This document shows, one piece after another, positions 9,728-18,952 of a stretch of DNA of 64,000 bases. Within the stretch, counting starts at the first letter, position 1. Each line of letters begins with the position of its first letter. The position numbers were made by a program, and so were the translations under genes. This DNA comes from Planctomycetota bacterium (GTDB taxonomy: Bacteria; Planctomycetota; B15-G4; JADJEK01): contig JBGAIQ010000023.1 of assembly GCA_044225365.1 (NCBI GenBank), positions 1-64,000 on the forward strand, written 5' to 3'. A model generated the notes under the pieces. It was not told where the DNA came from. It did not search any database and saw only the letters and a list, made by a program, of their open reading frames with translations.

Positions 9728-11116
9728 TCAACGCGGTCCCGTGAGATCCATCACGAATCGAGTTTCGACGATGTAATGACCATCCGTCGGATCGCGGGCG
9801 ACGCGCTTCTCGTAGACCTCGAGGGTTCCGAATCGCTTGAACAACTCGGGATCGAAACCGACGAGCGTGCGCTGCATCGTGACTCGCGCGTCGTCGAGGA
9901 GCTTCTTCTTCTCGTCGTCGTCGAGATTCGGATCGTTCGACTTGCGGACGAGCCTCTCGGGCTTGCTCGTCATCACGCGGCGATACATCGCCTGGCGTCG
10001 ATTCGTGAAGAAGTCCGGTTCCCCACCGTCGCCGGGCTTCGCAAGGACGAGCGCGCTGATGTCGTCCGGGTTCCGGCGTTCGCGGAAAACGCGGAAGTCG
10101 GAGAACGGCCACGCCTCGACGCCCTTGAACACACAGAACGCCTGGAGGCCGATCCACGCCACGCACGCGAACTTCGAGATTCGCGGCACGTCCGTCGACG
10201 GCGCCTGGGGCGGATCCCACACGAACGTCCGGCGCTGGATCTTCGCGATCGCAAGAGCGATCCACTTCCATTCCACCAGCACGAAGTAGGCGAACACGAA
10301 GTAGAGGAAGAAATTGATCCCCATCGTGAGATAGATGCCGAGATGGAGACCAAGACCGCCGAGCAAGTAGAGCGGCTTCAATCGCGGCCAGATCATCACG
10401 ACGATGTAGCTGAGCTCGAGCGCCATCGTGTAGACCGAGACGAAGACGCAGAGCAGCCAGTGCTGCGCGATCCAGTACCCGAGCGGGATGTCGTACCGGA
10501 TGTGCTTGTCGAGCAGGTACGCCTGCAGCGTATGGCCGTCGATCCACAACGGATTGGCGAGCAGTCGCTGCCACCCGGCTCCGAAGTACGCAAAACACAG
10601 CATCCCGAGCATCGCCTTGCGCGGCCACTCCGGGATCGCGATGGGAGCCGTCGTGCCCCGACGAATCGAATCGATACCGTGGCGATCCACCTCCGGAGCG
10701 AAGGTGAGGATGATGAAGAAGAAGACGGCGAGATTCGTGAGGTGGAACGAATACGTGCCCTCGAGCGGCCGTTCGAATCCGAGGTGCGTACCCTCGTAGA
10801 GGAAGAACCCGAGCGCCGAGACGAGGAGCGCAGGGCGCGTCAGGAAGCCGATCGCCGAGAAGAAGAGACTCGCCACCAGAACGTAACGCAGCGCGACGAA
10901 CGCCTTGAAGGGAATCGCCTCGGGGCTGATGTATGCGAACAGCGGCGTCGCGGAGTACTGGTTCTGCGCGTAGTACCGATCCCACTCCGGCGCGACGAGC
11001 AGTAGGGTGATCGCGAACGTGAGGCAATACGCGAAGCGGAAGAAGCTGAGGCTTCCCGAGTGCTCGTAACGGAAGAGCGTGCCCTTCTCGGCGAACAGGG
11101 CCCGCAATACGCGCAT
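9728..11116 (-). CDS. HTTM-like (vitamin K-dependent carboxylase-related) multi-pass membrane protein, paralog 2
   Basis: GFLTR, YF.AG..R....W.DG..L, LEL, LH.GI...MGINF, WPFSDFRVF. Confidence 0.65.
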   Translation of the reverse strand: MRVLRALFAEKGTLFRYEHSGSLSFFRFAYCLTFAITLLLVAPEWDRYYAQNQYSATPLFAYISPEAIPFKAFVALRYVLVASLFFSAIGFLTRPALLVSALGFFLYEGTHLGFERPLEGTYSFHLTNLAVFFFIILTFAPEVDRHGIDSIRRGTTAPIAIPEWPRKAMLGMLCFAYFGAGWQRLLANPLWIDGHTLQAYLLDKHIRYDIPLGYWIAQHWLLCVFVSVYTMALELSYIVVMIWPRLKPLYLLGGLGLHLGIYLTMGINFFLYFVFAYFVLVEWKWIALAIAKIQRRTFVWDPPQAPSTDVPRISKFACVAWIGLQAFCVFKGVEAWPFSDFRVFRERRNPDDISALVLAKPGDGGEPDFFTNRRQAMYRRVMTSKPERLVRKSNDPNLDDDEKKKLLDDARVTMQRTLVGFDPELFKRFGTLEVYEKRVARDPTDGHYIVETRFVMDLTGPR

Positions 11117-11121
11117 CTTCC

Positions 11122-12552
11122 TCAGCCTCCGTCGCTGTTCGTCGCGCCGACCTTGTTCGGTGCCGGCAGGTCCATCACGTACTCGAGCGAGATGTTGTAG
11201 CGACCCGTCTTCGAATCGAGGCGCGGGCGCTTCTGAAAGAGTCGGACGCCGCCGTACTGCTCGAACACTTTCGGCAACTTGGGATCATCGCTGACGAGCG
11301 CCTTGTAGATGAGCCGGCGCGCTTCGTCGATGTGTTCCTGCCTCGTCTCGCCTTCGCTCTCGTCGGCGCGAACGAGCTCACGTTGCGGCCTCCAGCTCAT
11401 CGCACGCTGCGTGTAGTAGTGATCCCAGAACGGTAGGAACTCGGGCGGATCGCTCTCGTGTCCCGGAGCCACGGGCTTCGCGAGATAGAGGATGCAGATC
11501 TCTTCCGGCTTCGTGCGCTTCTGGAAGACGCGGAAATCCGAGAACGGCCAGGCCTCGATTCGACCGAAGACGCACGTCGCTTGGATGCCGGCGAAGACGG
11601 CGAATCCCACGAGGTAGGCGCGGGGCAACGGGTGAGGCGCCGCCGTCTTCTTCAGGATCTCCGCGCCCGTGGTCTTCAGACGCAACACCACGCGGGCGAG
11701 CCAGGGCCACTCGATGAACGCGAAGTAGTTGTAGGCGAAGAAGAAGAAGAAGTTGATGCCCATGCACGTGAGGATGCCGGCGTGCAGCATGAGGCCGCCG
11801 ACGATCATCAACGGCTTGAAGCGCGGGAACGCGAGCACGATCGGATAACCGAGCTCGAGCGCCATCGTCATGATGCTGAGGATCACGCAAGGCAACCAAT
11901 GCTGCGACAACTCGAGCCCGATGCCGATGTCCCAGCGCGTTGCCTTGTCCATCATGTACCCCTGAAGGGTGTGGCCATCCATCCACAGGGGGCTCGCGAG
12001 GACGCGGCAGTATCCGGCTCCGAAGTAGGCGAAGGCGATCATCGTGATCATCGCCTTGCGCGGCCATTCGGGGATCAGAATGGGCTCGTTCTTCTTCTTC
12101 AACGTGGTGAGCAGCGTGTGGCGATCGATGTGCGGCGCGACCGCCATCACAAGCAGGAAGAAGAACGTCAGATTCGTGATGTGGAACGAGTAATCGGAGT
12201 CCGGCGGCTTGGTGAAGCCGAGCTGCGTGCCTTCGTAGAAGAAGAACGAGATCGCTGCGACGACGAGATTGACGCGCGTCATCAGGCCGAACGCCGAGAA
12301 CAGCAGGCACGCGACGCACACCCAGCGCAGCGTCTGGTAAGCCGCGAACGGCATCGGACCGGGCAGATGTTCGAAGAGCGGCGACGGATAATACGGCGCC
12401 ATCAGATAGCGGCGATCGTATTCCCCCGAGTACAGAGCCATCGTGATCGCGGTCACGAAGCAGTACAGGAATCGCATGAAGTTGAGCGATCCGGAATGCT
12501 CGAGCTGGAAGAACGTGCCGCGCTCGCCGAGGAAGTACTTGATCCACTTCAT
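11122..12552 (-). CDS. HTTM-like multi-pass membrane protein, paralog 1
   Basis: Same motif set and collinear with 9728..11116; 5-nt gap between the two genes. Confidence 0.65.
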   Translation of the reverse strand: MKWIKYFLGERGTFFQLEHSGSLNFMRFLYCFVTAITMALYSGEYDRRYLMAPYYPSPLFEHLPGPMPFAAYQTLRWVCVACLLFSAFGLMTRVNLVVAAISFFFYEGTQLGFTKPPDSDYSFHITNLTFFFLLVMAVAPHIDRHTLLTTLKKKNEPILIPEWPRKAMITMIAFAYFGAGYCRVLASPLWMDGHTLQGYMMDKATRWDIGIGLELSQHWLPCVILSIMTMALELGYPIVLAFPRFKPLMIVGGLMLHAGILTCMGINFFFFFAYNYFAFIEWPWLARVVLRLKTTGAEILKKTAAPHPLPRAYLVGFAVFAGIQATCVFGRIEAWPFSDFRVFQKRTKPEEICILYLAKPVAPGHESDPPEFLPFWDHYYTQRAMSWRPQRELVRADESEGETRQEHIDEARRLIYKALVSDDPKLPKVFEQYGGVRLFQKRPRLDSKTGRYNISLEYVMDLPAPNKVGATNSDGG

Positions 12553-12811
12553 GGGGTGCTTCGTGCTCTCCGCATACGTATCGGTTCACGGTATCCGAAC
12601 ACGGGGTCCGAGCAAACTACGAAGATGGAGGCGCGTGCTCAACCGCCTATTTCGGACAAAAGCGTCTGTTATTCCATCCCCGCAAGGCTCATAGAATTGC
12701 GACCCTCGGGCGAGAGCGTCCGCACGCGATGGATCGAGGATTTCGACAATTCGTGTCGGAGTCGGGTGCCGATTGCGTCTTCTCGATCGACGGTAACGCG
12801 TTGGAGTTCGT

Positions 12812-15800
12812 ATGACGACGATCGTCCCCGAAGGCGGCGGGCTGGATGCTCTCTACGACGAATGCGTCGAGCGCCTCGCCCGCGGCGAGGCCATCGACCT
12901 CGTCGAGCTCGCCCGCGAATACGGTGTTCCTTTCGACGACGCGAAGACCCACCTCGGCGCGCTGCTCGAAGCCGCACCCGACGGCGAGAAGCGCGTCCAT
13001 CGCCTCGGTGAGTTCGAGATCGTTCGCGAACTCGGCGCGGGAGGCATGGGCATCGTCTACCTCGCCCGCCAGACCTCGCTCGGCCGCCAGGTCGCACTCA
13101 AGGTCATCAAACCGATCTTCAGCCAGTCACCGCAGTCGCGCGCCCGCTTCCAGCGAGAGGCGAGTGCCGTCGCGCGGCTCGCCCACCCGAACATCGTCGC
13201 GGTGCACACTGCCGGCGAGGAGAACGGCACCCTCTACCTCGCGATGGACTACGTCGAGGGGCGCGGCCTCGACGAACTGATCAACGCTGCCGCCGATCGC
13301 GGCGAGCGCATCCCGATCAACGATTCCGTCCGCTATGCCGCACAGATCGCGCGCGCACTGGAAGCGGCGCACAAGGCGGGAATCGTCCACCGCGACGTGA
13401 AGCCGAGCAACGTTCGCGTGACGGCTCATGCGCGCGCCATGCTCCTCGACTTCGGCCTCGCGCGGGATCGCGAGTCCATTCGGCTCACGATGTCGGGCGA
13501 ACTGCAAGGTTCGCCGTACTACATGCCTCCGGAACTCCTGCGTGGCAAGAACGTGGAGCCCGACGGTCGCTGCGACGTCTACGGCCTCGGCGTCACGCTC
13601 TACGAGAGCCTTACCGGTCGCGTGCCGTTCGAGGGCGACACGCTCGAGCGCGTCCTCCATCAGATCCTCTCCGATCCGCCTCCGCCGCCGCGCATCTCGA
13701 ACGCAGCGCTCTCGAAGGATCTCGAGACGGTCGTGTTGAAGGCGCTCGAGAAGGATCCCGAGCGGCGCTACCAGACCGCGGGCGAGTTCGCGGACGATCT
13801 CGAAGCCCTTCTCGCGTTCCGCCCCATTCGCGCGAAACCACCGGGATTCGTCACCCGATCGATCGCTGCTGCGCGACGTCGCCCGTGGGTCGTCGTCCCC
13901 GCGATCACGTTCGCGCTGGTCGCACTCGGCTTCGCCGGCCTCAGGATCCGCGACGCCGCCGTCGAGCACCGACGCCTCGAAGCGTTCGTGACAACGGCCG
14001 AAAAGGCGATCGAGGACCACGATTTCGATGCCGCCGCCGAAGCGATCGCGAGCGCTCAGGCGATCGAGCACGATGCTCCCAACGTGCTGCTCCTTCGCCC
14101 GCGACTCGATACGGCTCGCCGCGAAGCCGACGCCAAGAACTTGTTCGACGAAGCCGCGAAGAACGCGAAGGCCCACGCCGATTCGCTCGCGAAGTGGACC
14201 AAACTGAAGCAGGACCTCGCTCCACTCGCCGCCGCGCGCGACGTGCGCTACCTCACGGCGGAACAGTCGCAGCGCCTCGATCGCGGCGAGATCGATCTTT
14301 CGAAGTTGGAGCACGAACTCGACGCTCTCGAGGCGACGGCGACGGCCGCGATCAACCGTGCGATCGCCCTGTCACCGCAACGCAGCGATCTGTCTCCTCT
14401 CCTCGCGGATCTGTTCTTCACTCGCTACGCGTCGCTGATCGACGCCGGTGAATCAAAGGGCGCGATCACGTATCGCGAGAAAGTCGAGCAGTACGACCAA
14501 GGCAAGCGGCTCACGACCGATCTGCGCGGTGCGGGTTCGCTCGCATTGACGGCGGCGCAAGAAGGCGCGGAGGTCCACGTCTTCCGATTCGTCGATCAAT
14601 CCACGCTCGGCGAGACTGGCGAGCGCCGCCTCGTACCGAAGCCGATCAAGGACCTGAAGCCGCCGAAGCCGTTCGGTGCATGGGTACTCGCCGTCGCGAC
14701 CGATTCAGGAGGCCTGCGCGCGGGCGATCTCATCGTGAGCATCGCGGGCAACGCAATCCGCAATACCGTGCTCGTCGACAAGGGCGCGGGCGAAGTCTCT
14801 CGTCTCGACCGGCTCGCCGCGATCGACGGACGAGGGATTCGCGACACCATCGACGTCGTATTCGCAGAGGAACTCACGGCTTCGTCGCCGGACGGAATGC
14901 ACGTCTACGACTTCGAGCATCGCGAGGGCGCGACCGCTCCCAAGAAGCTCCAGGTCAAGGCCAAGAACCTCGCCACGCTGGGCATCGAAGTCACGTCGCC
15001 GGCCGTGCTCGCACGGGCGGGTGGCGTCGAGGCCGAGGTCTGGAGCGATGGAACCGTGCGCAAGATGACGTTGCCAGAAGGCGTCCGCGCGACCGTGACC
15101 GGAACTCCACTCTACGCCTGCGCCGCAACGCTCTGCGGAACGACCCCGCTCGCCGCCCTTCCGCTCGACCCCGGTTCGTATCTCGCACTCGTACGCAAGG
15201 ACGGGTTCGACGACGAACGGATCCCGTTCGTCGTCGCCCGCAAGCAGCGCGTCGAACTCTCCGCGTCTCTGCGCGCCCGCGGTTCGGCGCCCGAGGGCTT
15301 CCGCTTCGTGCCCAAGGCAAACTTCACGACCGGCCCGGATTGGCGAACCGACCCTCCCACACGTCGCGCCGTGGACGTCGAACCGTTCTTCATGATGGAG
15401 CACGAGGTGACGTTCGCCGAGTACCTCGAGTTCTTGAACGACCCCGCCGTGCGCGGACGCATCGCGTCCGGCGATCTTGACTCGAGCGTCGTGCCCCGGA
15501 TCCCCGGAGATCCGCGCGGCGGCACGCTCGTGGCGAAGAACGACGACGGATCGTTCTCGATCACGTCCCGCGCATTGTCGCTCCCGGTGCATGGGATCTC
15601 GTTCCGCGACGCGCAGCACTACGTCGACTGGCGCAACGCTCGCGCGACGGCGAGCGGATCGAGCCTTCGATTCGATCTGCCGCGCAGCAGCGAGTGGGAA
15701 TTCGCCGCGCGCGGCGCGGACGATCGCCCGCTGGTGTGTGGCGATCACTTCGTCGCGAACTGGTTGTCCTCCGGCCTTGCGCGGCCTCGCGCTCAGATCG

Positions 15801-16033
15801 AGCCCGTGATGACGTTTCCCGTCGACGAATCGCCTTTCGGGATCTACGACCTCGCGGGCAGCATGAACGAGTGGTGCCGTCCCGATACCGGCGCGTCCGA
15901 CGATGCAGTCGTTCGCGGCGGCGCCTGGGACACGTCGCGGCCCGAGGCGTTCCGCGCCGACTACTTCTCGATCCTCCCCTCGGCGTCTCGTTCCGCAACG
16001 ATCGGCTTCAGGCTCATCGCGCGATCCCTCTGA
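12812..16033 (+). CDS. Hanks-type Ser/Thr kinase with TM helix, helical region, PEGA/PDZ-like region and C-terminal FGE-sulfatase (SUMF1-like) domain
   Basis: LGAGGMGIVY, VALK, HRDVKPSN, DFG, GSPYYMPPE; EVTFAEYLEFL, LP..SEWEFAARG, SPFGIYDLAGSMNEW, RGGAW, IGFR. Confidence 0.9.
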   Translation: MTTIVPEGGGLDALYDECVERLARGEAIDLVELAREYGVPFDDAKTHLGALLEAAPDGEKRVHRLGEFEIVRELGAGGMGIVYLARQTSLGRQVALKVIKPIFSQSPQSRARFQREASAVARLAHPNIVAVHTAGEENGTLYLAMDYVEGRGLDELINAAADRGERIPINDSVRYAAQIARALEAAHKAGIVHRDVKPSNVRVTAHARAMLLDFGLARDRESIRLTMSGELQGSPYYMPPELLRGKNVEPDGRCDVYGLGVTLYESLTGRVPFEGDTLERVLHQILSDPPPPPRISNAALSKDLETVVLKALEKDPERRYQTAGEFADDLEALLAFRPIRAKPPGFVTRSIAAARRRPWVVVPAITFALVALGFAGLRIRDAAVEHRRLEAFVTTAEKAIEDHDFDAAAEAIASAQAIEHDAPNVLLLRPRLDTARREADAKNLFDEAAKNAKAHADSLAKWTKLKQDLAPLAAARDVRYLTAEQSQRLDRGEIDLSKLEHELDALEATATAAINRAIALSPQRSDLSPLLADLFFTRYASLIDAGESKGAITYREKVEQYDQGKRLTTDLRGAGSLALTAAQEGAEVHVFRFVDQSTLGETGERRLVPKPIKDLKPPKPFGAWVLAVATDSGGLRAGDLIVSIAGNAIRNTVLVDKGAGEVSRLDRLAAIDGRGIRDTIDVVFAEELTASSPDGMHVYDFEHREGATAPKKLQVKAKNLATLGIEVTSPAVLARAGGVEAEVWSDGTVRKMTLPEGVRATVTGTPLYACAATLCGTTPLAALPLDPGSYLALVRKDGFDDERIPFVVARKQRVELSASLRARGSAPEGFRFVPKANFTTGPDWRTDPPTRRAVDVEPFFMMEHEVTFAEYLEFLNDPAVRGRIASGDLDSSVVPRIPGDPRGGTLVAKNDDGSFSITSRALSLPVHGISFRDAQHYVDWRNARATASGSSLRFDLPRSSEWEFAARGADDRPLVCGDHFVANWLSSGLARPRAQIEPVMTFPVDESPFGIYDLAGSMNEWCRPDTGASDDAVVRGGAWDTSRPEAFRADYFSILPSASRSATIGFRLIARSL

Positions 16034-16069
16034 ATGAACCGGAATCCGGCTTCGAATCGTAGGAGAAGA

Positions 16070-16093
16070 GCCGGGCTGGAGCCCTGCGGTCCG
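16070..16093. repeat. Single REP-like palindrome, same family as 53778-53906
   Basis: GCCGGGCTGGAGCCCTGCGGTCCG matches the reverse complement of 53841-53864 at 23 of 24 positions. It lies between convergent genes. Confidence 0.75.
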
Positions 16094-16104
16094 GGTCGAG
16101 CGCC

Positions 16105-17547
16105 TCAGACCTTCTCGGGAATCACGAACGCACTGCGGCCCTCGCGCTTCAGCAGCGCGTTCGCTTCGGCGTCATTCGTCACCTTGCCCGATGCGTCGAT
16201 CTCGAGCACGGAACCGATGCGGAAGGGAGTCGCCGTCAAATCGACTTCGTTCGCCTTTGCGTGCGAGCGAGTGCGGTCGAGCGCTTCGCTGAGGATCGCA
16301 TTCGTTCGTAGCGCGGCTTCGGCCGCGGCCTGATCCTGCGGCGCGCGGCGGTACGACGCGTTCCCAAAATGGCAGAGCGCCGCCGAAACGTGCCCTTCCT
16401 GGCAATCCGCCTTCAGGTCCTCCACCTTGCGCGAGCGCACCGCGGCGATGAAGTTCGCCATGTGGTCCTCGCCTTTGTTCCAACGCTTCAGTTCCTTCCC
16501 GTCCTTGTCGTACGCGATCGCCGACGTGTAGTCGGGGATCACGAGCGACCCGCCCTCGCACTCGATCACGCAGCCGACGCGTACGTTCCGAAATGCATCC
16601 ATCCCGGCGGCCCAATCCCCGCCCTGCGTCGCCTTGTCCTTGGGAAGCCCGCGGACTTCGAACACGATCGGTGCTTCGGGATAGTCGATGTAGACGACCT
16701 GCGTGTTCGCCGTGTCGCCGTCATCCTGATACCCGAGCCTGCCGCCGAACGAGAGCGCGCGCCGCGGCATCCCGCTCGCGCCGATCGCCATCCGGCAGAG
16801 ATCGACCTGGTGCACTCCCTGGTTCCCGAGGTCGCCGTTCCCCGTCTCGTAGACCCAGTGCCAGTCGTAATGGAGTTGGCTGCGATGTAGCGGTTCCGCC
16901 TTCGACGGTCCGCACCATAGGTCGTAGTCGACGGACGCGGGCACCGTGGGGTGCTCCGCCTTGCCGATCGATTTGCGCGGCTTGTAGCAGAAGCCGCGCG
17001 ACACGACGATCTTGCCGAGCGCGCCCGATCGCATGAACGCCACGCCCTCGGCGATGCCCGAACTCGAGCGACATTGCGTTCCGCACTGCACGATCCGGCC
17101 GTACTTGCGCGCGGCCTCGACGAGCTTGCCGCCCTCGTTCACGTCGTGCGAGATCGGCTTCTCGACGTAGGCGTCCTTGCCCGATTGGCAGGCCCAGATG
17201 CCCATCAGCGAGTGCCAGTGGTTCGGCGTCGCGGTGATGATGAGGTCGATGTCGGAGCGATCGAACACGCGCCTCGCGTCGGTGTAGGCCTCGACCGTCT
17301 CGCCGCGCGCCGAGAATTCGCGCGCCTTCCTACCGAGCACTTCGCGATCGACATCGCAGAGTGCGACGATCTTGACGCCCGGCTGCACGCGCAGGCCCTC
17401 GATGAGATCCGCGCCCCGGCTGTGGAAGCCGATCGCCGCCGCGCGCAACTGCGAATTCACGTTGCGGGCCGAGAGGATCGACGGCATCGCGACGATCGCG
17501 CCCGTCGCCGCCGTGGACCTGAGGAATGCACGTCGCGTCGTCTTCAT
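16105..17547 (-). CDS. Tat-exported Gfo/Idh/MocA family oxidoreductase
   Basis: TRRAFL twin-arginine signal; ATPNHWH, YVEKP, GTQCRS, DYDLWCGP, GNQGVHQVD. Confidence 0.9.
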   Translation of the reverse strand: MKTTRRAFLRSTAATGAIVAMPSILSARNVNSQLRAAAIGFHSRGADLIEGLRVQPGVKIVALCDVDREVLGRKAREFSARGETVEAYTDARRVFDRSDIDLIITATPNHWHSLMGIWACQSGKDAYVEKPISHDVNEGGKLVEAARKYGRIVQCGTQCRSSSGIAEGVAFMRSGALGKIVVSRGFCYKPRKSIGKAEHPTVPASVDYDLWCGPSKAEPLHRSQLHYDWHWVYETGNGDLGNQGVHQVDLCRMAIGASGMPRRALSFGGRLGYQDDGDTANTQVVYIDYPEAPIVFEVRGLPKDKATQGGDWAAGMDAFRNVRVGCVIECEGGSLVIPDYTSAIAYDKDGKELKRWNKGEDHMANFIAAVRSRKVEDLKADCQEGHVSAALCHFGNASYRRAPQDQAAAEAALRTNAILSEALDRTRSHAKANEVDLTATPFRIGSVLEIDASGKVTNDAEANALLKREGRSAFVIPEKV

Positions 17548-17611
17548 CGTTCACCTCGCCGCGCATTCTACGATCTTCGCTGATTTGCGCGAGGCGGGTC
17601 GTCGCAGCGAC

Positions 17612-18952
17612 TCAACGGGAAACCGCGAATCCGAGGACGCCCGCTGCCGACATCAATCCGAAGGCCCATCCGACCATCCTGCGATACTCGGATCCGCCGC
17701 TCGTGACGGCGATCCCCGACTTGAACAGAGTGTTCGCCGCGGCGGCGAGCAGGATGACGCGCCCCGCGATCTCGAGACCGACGCCCGCTTCGCCGCTCCC
17801 ACCATTGCTGAGGTTCGCCATCGAGAGCGTGATCGCATCGAGATCCGTGATGCCCGCGATCGCGCCGGCGAGATAGAGCGCGCCTTCGCCGAAGTGGACC
17901 TCGACCGCCCGCGTGATCAACAGGATGACGCCGAACAACGCCGCGAACTTCAACGCCGGCCCGAGCTCGAACGGGTTGTTGAATTGAACGCCGGCGTCCG
18001 GTCCCGACTCGTGCGACTTGGCGAAGTGGAGCCACGCGGCGGTGATCGCACCTGCGATCGCCAATCCGAACAGTGCAGGACCGATGATCCGATGGAGATG
18101 CGGCTGCACCACGGCCGCGATCACGACGACGCGCAGCGGCATGATCGTGTTCGCGAGCACGACGCCGAGTGCGCACGCGCGAGACAGCGCGGGATACTCC
18201 TTCGATCGATTCGAGAGCGCGAGCGTGACCGCGGTCGACGAGACGAGCCCGCCCACGAGCCCCGTGATCCCGAATCCGCGATTCGGCCCGAGCAGTCGCA
18301 TCGCCACATAACCGACGAGGCTGATGCCCGCGATGAGCACGACCATCCAACCGAGCTTGTACGGGTTGAGGACGCGAAGCTCCGCGGTCGGGCCGTACGC
18401 CACGTTCGGCAGGAGAGGCACGATCACGATCGCGACGACGGCGAACTTCACCCACGCGAGGATGTCCTCGTTCTTCACGCTCGCCGCGATCTGATGCAGG
18501 CGGCCCTTGAGCGACAACGTCGCGGTCACCACGATCGCGATCGTTCCGCAGAGCAGCCAGCGATTCTCGTCGTCCTCGAGCACGCCACGACTCGTCGCCA
18601 GCACGCCGATGAGGAACGCGAGGAGCAGCGCCGTCTCCGACGTGAATCCGCGACGATCGCGGTGCGGCGCGTGACTCTGCAGCTCGACGCGCGCGAGGGC
18701 GAGCGGAGCGAAGATGCACAGCAGCGCGGCGACGATCACCCACCCGCCGTGCGCCGCGGCGAGCAACCCTGAAACGCCGCCCGCGAGCGCCACGAGCGGA
18801 AAGGTGCGAATCCCGCCGATCCGCGGACCGGTCTCGCTCTGGGCCACGCTTTCGGCGAGCGCGGCCTGCTCTCGCTGCAGCCCGATCATCAGCCCGGAGC
18901 TGAAGGCGATCGCGAGCGACGCGTAATCGGGAAAGGCGTTGAGCCCGCTCAC
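17612..18952 (-). CDS. MgtC/SapB + DUF4010 membrane protein
   Basis: GLMIGLQRE, GGIRTFPL, GFTSE, GLVSSTAVT, NPFEL..ALKF, AGITDLDAITLS. The GTG start overlaps the upstream stop. Confidence 0.85.
   Translation of the reverse strand: MSGLNAFPDYASLAIAFSSGLMIGLQREQAALAESVAQSETGPRIGGIRTFPLVALAGGVSGLLAAAHGGWVIVAALLCIFAPLALARVELQSHAPHRDRRGFTSETALLLAFLIGVLATSRGVLEDDENRWLLCGTIAIVVTATLSLKGRLHQIAASVKNEDILAWVKFAVVAIVIVPLLPNVAYGPTAELRVLNPYKLGWMVVLIAGISLVGYVAMRLLGPNRGFGITGLVGGLVSSTAVTLALSNRSKEYPALSRACALGVVLANTIMPLRVVVIAAVVQPHLHRIIGPALFGLAIAGAITAAWLHFAKSHESGPDAGVQFNNPFELGPALKFAALFGVILLITRAVEVHFGEGALYLAGAIAGITDLDAITLSMANLSNGGSGEAGVGLEIAGRVILLAAAANTLFKSGIAVTSGGSEYRRMVGWAFGLMSAAGVLGFAVSR

Noticed and set aside
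15900-16033. FGE-sulfatase C-terminus as a diversity-generating retroelement target
   Set aside because: I saw no template repeat differing at adenines and no reverse transcriptase in this window. A remote one cannot be excluded.
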